38,870 nucleotides of DNA from Thermodesulfobacteriota bacterium. GTDB taxonomy: Bacteria; Desulfobacterota; Desulfobulbia; Desulfobulbales; SURF-16. The first letter of the stretch is position 1, and every line of letters begins with the position of its first letter. The stretch lies in assembly GCA_039715015.1 (NCBI GenBank), contig JBDLIE010000026.1:1-38870 (forward strand), given 5' to 3'. A program made the position numbers and the translations under genes. Shown piece after piece: positions 11,251 through 18,204 of the stretch. The notes below the pieces were generated by a model that saw only the letters and a program-made list of their open reading frames with translations, did no database searches and was not told the origin of the DNA.

Positions 11251-12420
11251 CTAGTTCTTGGCGGAGCTGTTTCGCTTCTTTAGAGCAAGGGCCGTGAAAT
11301 AACATACCAAGGCCACCACCAGCCCGAGAAGCGGGCCAAGGACAAGGGAGCCCAGGAGATACTCCCAGAGCCGAAAACCCAGCTGGTGGACCAGGGTCTC
11401 CATGGTGAACTCGCTGAGGAAATGGCCAAAGCGCAGGAAGAAGCCAATCTGAATGCAGAGAAAGGGGACCAGGGGCGGCATGCAGAGCTGGCTGGCTGCC
11501 ACGGCTGCCATTTTGTTGAGGTGAAGCTTATGGCTGGCATAGATGATGGCAATGGTATGGACGGCAATGAGGGGCAGAGCACCCATGAAAATACCGAGCC
11601 AGACAGCTGTGGCAATCTGCAGGGGAGTATTGTGTTGGCGCAGCAGGGTCTTGAAAAGCTTGATCGGGTGCAAGAGCAGGCTTGGACCCTCTTTTTTAAT
11701 GGAAAGGATTAGTTTTTGGTGGGGCCAGGGCCAGAGGGCGCGTAGGACAAGAAAGGTATGAAGCAGGCTCAGGCGGGCATTGTCGCGTAGTTGGTGAAAA
11801 TGGCTGACCCTTTCTTCTGCCGGAGGATAGTGGACAGCGATTTCTGTCGAAAGGATGGGGATATTGCCCCAGGCCAACCGGACCAGGGACTCAATCTCGA
11901 AATCATAGCGTTTAGTGAAAAAGGAGAGTTGGCAAAGCTCCTCCAAAGGATAGAGGCGCATGCCGCTCTGGGTGTCGGGCAGGCTGAGTCCTGTTTCCAG
12001 GCGGACCCAGAAGTTGGAAAAGACCCGGCCAAAGAGGCTGGCGCCGGGCACATGCTGGCCAGCCATTTTTCTGTTGCCGATGATCAGGGCTGGCCATGAT
12101 TCTTGACTCATGTTCAGGAGTTTAAGGCCATCCTCAGGGGCATGTTGGCCATCGGCGTCCATGGTGAGCAGGCCTGCAAATCCTTGTTGCCTGGCAACCT
12201 CTGCGCCTTTGACAATGGCCGCGCCCTTGCCGCAGTTTTTCGGAAGCCGCAACACCTCGCAGCCCAACTGAGCACCATCCGCCGGACGGTCAGAGCCATC
12301 ATCCACCACCAGTATCTGCCAACCTCCGGTGTGGGCCGCCTTAACAACCTGGGCCAGGCTCTCATCATGGTTATAAAAGGGGATGACCAGCAGGACTTGG
12401 TCTTGGCGCAGGCCTACCAT
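11251..12420 (-). CDS. GT2 glycosyltransferase fused to DUF2062 membrane domain
   Basis: VIPFYN, VVDDGSD, NCGKGAA, MDADGQH, DTQSGMRLYP, YDFEIE; hydrophobic C-terminal domain (TPLQIATAVWLGIFMG). Likely start 12420. Confidence 0.88.
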   Translation of the reverse strand: MVGLRQDQVLLVIPFYNHDESLAQVVKAAHTGGWQILVVDDGSDRPADGAQLGCEVLRLPKNCGKGAAIVKGAEVARQQGFAGLLTMDADGQHAPEDGLKLLNMSQESWPALIIGNRKMAGQHVPGASLFGRVFSNFWVRLETGLSLPDTQSGMRLYPLEELCQLSFFTKRYDFEIESLVRLAWGNIPILSTEIAVHYPPAEERVSHFHQLRDNARLSLLHTFLVLRALWPWPHQKLILSIKKEGPSLLLHPIKLFKTLLRQHNTPLQIATAVWLGIFMGALPLIAVHTIAIIYASHKLHLNKMAAVAASQLCMPPLVPFLCIQIGFFLRFGHFLSEFTMETLVHQLGFRLWEYLLGSLVLGPLLGLVVALVCYFTALALKKRNSSAKN

Positions 12421-12421
12421 T

Positions 12422-13681
12422 TCAGCTTGCCCAGCTTCTGCTGCTTTCCCTGTCAAGGGAAGAGCGGTAGGTGTTGTCAGCTACTTCCTTTTCGATGACT
12501 TGGAAGAACAGGCGGCTCATGCGTTGGGACTGAGGAAGGTCGCGGTAGAACGTCTCCCAGGCATAATGGTACATCTCCTGGAGCTCATCAGGGCTCATCT
12601 GTTTTGGCTGAAAGACCACCTCGGCTGTGTTGTAGCGTTTCCAGTCCTGATGAAGGATACGTCCCTCCTCGCTCATCTTGGCAGTGGCCGGGGTGTGGGG
12701 AAAGGGGGTGAGGATTGAAAATTCCGACATGTCCACATCAATTTCCAGCAGGAAATCCACCAGCTTCTTGATGTAGTCAACACTCTGGTTGTCGGTGCCC
12801 AAAAGCACCGCTGCTTCAACCCCGATGCCATACTCCTTTAATCTTCGCACCCGGTTGCGGATATGGTCGGAGGTGTCAAAAATAGCCTGATAGACGTACC
12901 AGCAGCCGGCCTCAGCCGCCTTGGCCAGCACCTCGTCATCATCAAGGATGGGATGGCTGATCCATTTTTTCTTAAGCGGGATCATGGCCTCAAAGAGTTC
13001 CAAAAGCCATCCCTTGTCCTGGGCCAGGGAGTTGTCCACCAGAAAGAGACGGTTATTGTCGATGCTTTCCAGCTCTTCCACCACCCGCTCAATGGGACGA
13101 GGCCGGAAGGTGCGGCCGCCGAGATAACTCGTGCAGCAGGGAAAACAGTTGAACTTGCAGCCCCGGGAGGCATGGGCCAGATCCACCATGGGCACGCCGC
13201 GGTAGACATAGCGCTCACGGTTTAAGATATCGCGCCGTGCCGGGCCTACAGCACCAATGGGGGGGTGGTCATGGAAATAATCATAGCGCCTTTGGAGCTT
13301 GCCATCCTGCCAGTCGGCCAGGGTTCTGGCCAGGCGGCCATCCTCCACCTCGCCGAGAAAGATCGAGTCCACGGCCTGGGCCACCTCGTCGGCATGGAGC
13401 ATGGCAGCAATGCCGCCGGCAATGACCTTGATGCCCTGCTCGCGGTAGAGGCCGGCAATTTCAAGCCCCCTCGGGATCTGGCAGGTAAGCATCATGGAGA
13501 TGAGCACCACATCGGTATGCGCTTTATGATCAAGGGGATCAACATTTTCGTCAATAAAGGTGACGCTAAACTCAGGCGGAATGGCCGCTGCCACGCAGAC
13601 CGGGCCATGGGGGGGCAAGTGAAATTCGGTCTGCTCAGGTATCTTGGGCCAGCTTGGATATATCAGGGTGAGATGGGTCAT
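12422..13681 (-). CDS. Cobalamin-binding (class B) radical SAM protein
   Basis: N-terminal B12-binding-like domain (IDENVD, VIAGGIAA, IFLGEVE) followed by ASRGCKFNCFPC (CX3CX2C) and ILTPFPHTP. Confidence 0.9.
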   Translation of the reverse strand: MTHLTLIYPSWPKIPEQTEFHLPPHGPVCVAAAIPPEFSVTFIDENVDPLDHKAHTDVVLISMMLTCQIPRGLEIAGLYREQGIKVIAGGIAAMLHADEVAQAVDSIFLGEVEDGRLARTLADWQDGKLQRRYDYFHDHPPIGAVGPARRDILNRERYVYRGVPMVDLAHASRGCKFNCFPCCTSYLGGRTFRPRPIERVVEELESIDNNRLFLVDNSLAQDKGWLLELFEAMIPLKKKWISHPILDDDEVLAKAAEAGCWYVYQAIFDTSDHIRNRVRRLKEYGIGVEAAVLLGTDNQSVDYIKKLVDFLLEIDVDMSEFSILTPFPHTPATAKMSEEGRILHQDWKRYNTAEVVFQPKQMSPDELQEMYHYAWETFYRDLPQSQRMSRLFFQVIEKEVADNTYRSSLDRESSRSWAS

Positions 13682-14184
13682 GGGGTCTTCAGGAGATGAA
13701 AGGTCGCTGTAATGGCAGGTTTGTGTGGAGTGGGTATCACGTCAAGCTCGCCGTAAATAATAAGGGCACCAGGCCCTAAATAGGAGTGCCAACGCTGGGC
13801 CTCAGTGCGGGCTGCCTCCAGGGGCGCCGGGTCAAGCAAGGCGAAAACAGGGCCGGTAATACCGTAATGGCTGGCTGCCTCCGCAGGGGCAATATTGGCA
13901 AGGGTATAGCCAAAAAGGGCTGGGCTGGCAAATTCGATACCGTCCTCTAAGGTGGCGGCATACTCTTTGTCGGTGGCGAGAGAGCCGTAGCAACTACCAA
14001 CTATAAGGGCACAAACGAGATCTTTATTAACCTTGCCGGTGGTGCCCTCCAGCTGACTGTGCCGGCGCAACAGCCTTCCCACCTCAAGCACGGCCACCTG
14101 GCTCATCAGGTCCATGCGCAGCCAGCGTTCTGGCAGTTCGCCGATCATGGTTTTTTCTTCTTCGTTGAGGTGTAATGGGTCCAT
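13678..14184 (-). CDS. Short ketosynthase N-terminal-domain (CLF-like) protein
   Basis: RMDLMSQ, GSCYGSLATD, ASPALFGYTLANI, YGITGP; no catalytic Cys or His; only 168 aa. Confidence 0.75.
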   Translation of the reverse strand: MDPLHLNEEEKTMIGELPERWLRMDLMSQVAVLEVGRLLRRHSQLEGTTGKVNKDLVCALIVGSCYGSLATDKEYAATLEDGIEFASPALFGYTLANIAPAEAASHYGITGPVFALLDPAPLEAARTEAQRWHSYLGPGALIIYGELDVIPTPHKPAITATFHLLKTP

Positions 14185-14207
14185 GGCCAGGGTGATGATC
14201 GTTGCAC

Positions 14208-14780
14208 TTAGTCGACGATATCAGCGACTCGGCCTTTGCTGTCAAAAAAGATATTCTGCTTGTCAAAACGGCTTTTCCAGAACGTCCATTTGTGGGCCTT
14301 AGGGGATGGAGTTAAAGCGGTGGGTGGATAGCCCCAGCTCACCAGGACAGCGGCCTTGGACATGCCTTTGGCAACTTGCCCCTGCTTAATGGCAGTCACT
14401 TCAGCACTTGAGAGACCACGGGTGAGTTCGCTGAAATTTTTGCTGCCAAAAAGCCTTTGCTGGAGTTCTTCAAGGCTGAGACCGGGATCAAATTTCGGGG
14501 CCAGGTAGAGCCAGTATGTTTTGTTGTCCGCCGTGGTAAATTCAATGGCGTGATAACGGCCTTTGTGCAGGGTGAGTGACGAAATTTTGGTGCCGGCCGG
14601 AAGGATGGATCCGGCCTTGAAGTTGCTCGACCATATTTTTGGTTGCTGATACCAGATGTTAGCCTTGGTGAAGTATGATTTGCTCAAGGGCAGAGAGAGC
14701 TGTACTGATTGCCGGCAGCCTGTTACGAGAAAAAAGCTGATGAGGAGAGCAAGTAGAAGGGAAGAAGATTTTAATTTCAT
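14208..14780 (-). CDS. Lipoprotein with C-terminal SmpA/OmlA(BamE)-like motif
   Basis: MKLKSSSLLLALLISFFLVTG-C lipobox; KGMSKAAVLVSWGYPP...WTFW...FDSKGRV. Confidence 0.7.
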   Translation of the reverse strand: MKLKSSSLLLALLISFFLVTGCRQSVQLSLPLSKSYFTKANIWYQQPKIWSSNFKAGSILPAGTKISSLTLHKGRYHAIEFTTADNKTYWLYLAPKFDPGLSLEELQQRLFGSKNFSELTRGLSSAEVTAIKQGQVAKGMSKAAVLVSWGYPPTALTPSPKAHKWTFWKSRFDKQNIFFDSKGRVADIVD

Positions 14781-14806
14781 GTTAAACTTTTCCTCTGTCT
14801 GTTGTT

Positions 14807-15844
14807 TTACTTGTCCAGCCAACAGGTAGGGTCAGGGGCCAGGTGATCACCGGTCACCTGATAGGCGTTACCGCGGCAGCCGTAGCAGAAGTCCCCATGG
14901 TCGCAGCTGCCGCATTGTCCCTTAATGGTGTGGCGGATATTGCGTAAGTCCTGAATAACGGAGCTGGTTCGGAGAATTTCCGCCAGGGAATGGTCACGGA
15001 CATTGCCGGTGCTGATGGAGACCCCTGGGCAGGGCTGGACATCACCGGTAGCAGTTATTGTACACGAATATTCATGCCGGGCACAATGGCTGCCGGCCAG
15101 GGGCGGGCGGGGAGACCAGTTATGACCGAATTCATTTTGGTCAATTTGGGCGAGCTGCTCAAAAAGTTTTTTCAGATCAGAAGGGGAGACTTCCAGGTCC
15201 GTATGCTCCAGAGCCCGGCCCTGGTTGGTTAGAATCTCGAAATAGGGGATGATCTCTTGTTTCCTGGCCCAGCGCCAGAGATCAGGTAAGTCTGCATAAT
15301 TCTGCTTGCAGATGATCGTTTCGATCCCCAAGGTATGGTGCTTGTCCGGATAGCCAACGGCCTGAAGGGCCTGCAATCCTTTTTCAATGGCTTTGAATGT
15401 CCCGGATTTTGCGGCAAGGGCGTCCTGAACATCCTCTCTGCGGCTGTTCATCTTCATGGAGATGGCCACCTCTCTCTCAAAAAGAGCCTGGGCCATCTTA
15501 TTGTCAATGAGGGTGGCGTTGGTGAAAAGGTCCACGCCAAGTTTTTGGCCGCGGATATAGTCGATGACGGTAAGGAGATGAGGATAGAGGAGAGGTTCGC
15601 CGCCGCCCAGGATGATGATTTTCCTGGCGCCCAACTCGGCAGCTTGGTCAATGGCGCCGCTGATTTCACTAAGAGTGAGCTCGTCCGCCAGGGCCACACC
15701 GGAAGAGGCATAGCAGTATATACACCGAAGGTTGCAGACACGGGATAGTTCTAACTCAAGGGAAAGAAGGCCTCTGGTGGCCTTGCAATCGGCAATCTCT
15801 GCAGGGCTAAATTCAAGACCCCAATATTCTTTTGTACAACCCAT
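14807..15844 (-). CDS. Radical SAM protein with SPASM domain
   Basis: CNLRCIYC, GGGEPLL, then SPASM cysteines (HC...PC...CGSCDHGDFCYGC...PTC). Confidence 0.92.
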   Translation of the reverse strand: MGCTKEYWGLEFSPAEIADCKATRGLLSLELELSRVCNLRCIYCYASSGVALADELTLSEISGAIDQAAELGARKIIILGGGEPLLYPHLLTVIDYIRGQKLGVDLFTNATLIDNKMAQALFEREVAISMKMNSRREDVQDALAAKSGTFKAIEKGLQALQAVGYPDKHHTLGIETIICKQNYADLPDLWRWARKQEIIPYFEILTNQGRALEHTDLEVSPSDLKKLFEQLAQIDQNEFGHNWSPRPPLAGSHCARHEYSCTITATGDVQPCPGVSISTGNVRDHSLAEILRTSSVIQDLRNIRHTIKGQCGSCDHGDFCYGCRGNAYQVTGDHLAPDPTCWLDK

Positions 15845-15924
15845 ATTGTTTAAACTTTGGTTTCTGTAATCCAAAAAAATAAGAATAGTAATAATAACGG
15901 ATAATGCTTTAGGGCGCCTCTTCT

Positions 15925-17223
15925 TTATTGCAAGCGTAAGTCAAAAAACTTTTTTGGTTTATGACCGCCGGCCATGGTTTTTTGGACCTTTTCCAACTCC
16001 TCGCTTACCACGGTGAGCCGTACGCGTAACTGGGCCTGGAGAAGGGCTTCTATCTCCTTTGCCTCCAGAGCTTGCCGGCTGCCAACAACGACCTTTACAT
16101 CATCGGAAAGATCATAGGCGGCCCGTACCTCAATATAGGCGGCCTCAATGGCGGAGATCTCCTGCAAGGTCTGGAAGATGATCTCCGGATAAATGGTGGT
16201 GCCTCGCACCTTCAGGCGCTGCGCAATGCGGCCCTCAATGGGCCCGATGCGCGGTGTTTGCCAGCCGCAAGGGCAGGGTTCTCGGTAAAGGCGGCTGATG
16301 TCGCCGGTTCGAAAACGAATCAGCGGAAAACCTTCCACTCCAAGCGGCGTCACCACCAACTCGCCAGGCTCACCATCTGCCACCAGGTTACCCTGCTCAT
16401 CAATAATTTCAACCAGGCTCAACTCAGGGTGGATATGGCCACCGCACCCTTGCTGGCATTCACTGATGCCGGTTTCAAGCTCTGTGGCCCCGTAAGAAAC
16501 ATAAATAGGGGCATTCCAGGCCTGGGTCAGTTCCTTGCCCAGCACAGTGAGGGAAAAGTCGGCCCGGCGGATCGGTTCACCAATGGTAATAAGTGACCTG
16601 ATCCCCATATCCTGAGGCGAATGGCCATGTTTCTGGCCCCACTTAGCCATGTGCAGGAGGAAGCTGGGCACGCCGATAAGTCCTGCTGGCCGCAGCTGTT
16701 TAATGAGCTGCCATTGTCTGGCCGGTTGGCCGGGGCCGCTGCGGATGGCCGTGGCCCCTAATTTTGCCAAACCGCTATAGTAGGCGAGGCCGGCAATGAA
16801 ACAGCGGTCCAGTGTGACACAGACCAAAAAACGGTCTTCAGGACGAACACCAGCCCCCCAAAAGGCAAGGGCTTCATTAAAGGCCAGTCTGGAGAGGTCG
16901 TTTGCGGTATAGGGCACCTGCACCGGCGGCCCGGTTGTGCCGGAGGTGAGGCTGAGGTCAACAATATTTTTATTCGCACTGGCCTGAAAGAGGTGGCTTG
17001 CCCCGTCAAGGTCCCGGCGGCTGGTCAGGGGCAGAAAACGAAGATCATCCAGGCAGGCCACCTCATCGATGGTGATCCCCAGGCCCTCGAATTTTTCCTT
17101 GTAGAAGGCGGAATGCATAGCCTGCCGGACATGATTCTGGAGCAGGGCAAGCTGCTTGCCGGCAATCTCTGCTGGCGGTGCAGTACGCCAGGCCAGGGCT
17201 GTGTTAAGCGAGGACTTCTCCAT
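15925..17223 (-). CDS. Phenylacetate-CoA ligase (PaaK)-like AMP-dependent acyl ligase
   Basis: TSGTTG P-loop, YGATE, PLIRFRTGD, GRIAQRLKVRGTTIYP. Confidence 0.9.
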   Translation of the reverse strand: MEKSSLNTALAWRTAPPAEIAGKQLALLQNHVRQAMHSAFYKEKFEGLGITIDEVACLDDLRFLPLTSRRDLDGASHLFQASANKNIVDLSLTSGTTGPPVQVPYTANDLSRLAFNEALAFWGAGVRPEDRFLVCVTLDRCFIAGLAYYSGLAKLGATAIRSGPGQPARQWQLIKQLRPAGLIGVPSFLLHMAKWGQKHGHSPQDMGIRSLITIGEPIRRADFSLTVLGKELTQAWNAPIYVSYGATELETGISECQQGCGGHIHPELSLVEIIDEQGNLVADGEPGELVVTPLGVEGFPLIRFRTGDISRLYREPCPCGWQTPRIGPIEGRIAQRLKVRGTTIYPEIIFQTLQEISAIEAAYIEVRAAYDLSDDVKVVVGSRQALEAKEIEALLQAQLRVRLTVVSEELEKVQKTMAGGHKPKKFFDLRLQ

Positions 17224-17980
17224 GCTGTTGTGTTTCTATTTCCTTGGCAATGATCTGGCGGCAATCATGGCATAATTGTTTAATGGCCTTTCTTTTGCCC
17301 TGTCCCAGGTCAGGCCACAGGGGTGGCAGCAGCACAACCTTGGGCCGGGCCGGGGAGAGAAGCCGGCAGCCAGGGGCAAGGACCTTGTCGGTGTCAATAA
17401 AGCAGACCGGCACCACAGGACAGTTTGCTTCAACGGCCAGGCGGAAGGCGCCACGCTGAAACTCCGCCAACTTGCCGTCCCTGGAGCGGTGTCCTTCCGG
17501 CCATATTATAAGCGAGCATTCGTCAGCCAGTAACTTGTGGGCCTGGATACTGATCGTCTCCCAGCCTCGGCGCGTGTCAACATACTGGGCAGATTTCATC
17601 ATCCATTTAAAAACAGGGATGTTAAAGGGCCAGGAGGTGAACATGCCATACTCGTCATGCACCACACCAAAGCAATAGGGGTCAATGGAGGAGAGATGGT
17701 TTGCCACGTAAATAACCGGCCGGGGCAGGGGGCCGGCCCTGTTGTCGAGCTGAACCGGCGCCATAAAGGGGATGAGGCGGCAGACGGCCCAGCCATATTT
17801 AGTAATACCACGCCGAAAAAAGGATGCTATGGATTTTCCCGGCACAAGCATGGCGGCCAGGGAAAAAAAGGGGATGCCCATGGCAAAAAGCAGGGTGACC
17901 AAGGCGAAGAAGGGCCAGAAGTAGAGATTGAGGGCTATTTTTTTTACAGGACGCAACTTCTTAACAACGCATGAAGGCAT
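17204..17980 (-). CDS. 1-acyl-sn-glycerol-3-phosphate (PlsC-type) acyltransferase
   Basis: ANHLSSID (HX4D), WPEGHRS, FQRGAF, PVVPV. Start placed at ATG 17980 because the longer frame overlaps the tRNA 3' end. Confidence 0.9.
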   Translation of the reverse strand: MPSCVVKKLRPVKKIALNLYFWPFFALVTLLFAMGIPFFSLAAMLVPGKSIASFFRRGITKYGWAVCRLIPFMAPVQLDNRAGPLPRPVIYVANHLSSIDPYCFGVVHDEYGMFTSWPFNIPVFKWMMKSAQYVDTRRGWETISIQAHKLLADECSLIIWPEGHRSRDGKLAEFQRGAFRLAVEANCPVVPVCFIDTDKVLAPGCRLLSPARPKVVLLPPLWPDLGQGKRKAIKQLCHDCRQIIAKEIETQQHGEVLA

Positions 17981-18009
17981 GGGGTAACAGCAAAACGAGG
18001 AAGAGGTCA

Positions 18010-18086
18010 TGGTACGCCCGACAGGATTCGAACCTGTGACCCTCGGCTTAGAAGGCCGATGCTCTATCCAACTGAGCTACGGGCGC
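18010..18086 (-). tRNA. tRNA-Arg (anticodon TCT)
   Basis: Reverse complement GCGCCCGTAGCTCAGTTGGATAGAGCATCGGCCT-TCT-AAGCCGAGGGTCACAGGTTCGAATCCTGTCGGGCGTACCA: 77 nt cloverleaf with GTTCGA T-loop and encoded CCA. Confidence 0.97.
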
Positions 18087-18098
18087 ACTCGTTGCCCT

Positions 18099-18127
18099 TA
18101 TATACCGTATCAGCCCCCATGAAACAA
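18099..18127 (-). promoter_or_regulatory. Possible sigma70 promoter for tRNA-Arg
   Basis: TTGTTT-N17-TATATA ending 12 nt upstream of the mature tRNA 5' end; imperfect consensus. Confidence 0.3.
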
Positions 18128-18204
18128 GATTTTTCCCTGGCAGGAATGGGGGTGCCGCGGACTTTGTGAAAGTTTCAGGATGGAGAGCACGGCGGCTTGT
18201 GCGG

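Noticed and set aside
14807..15924. RiPP system built on the SPASM radical SAM
   Set aside because: No credible precursor peptide, RRE/PqqD domain, peptidase or transporter nearby; the context is acyl-ACP chemistry.
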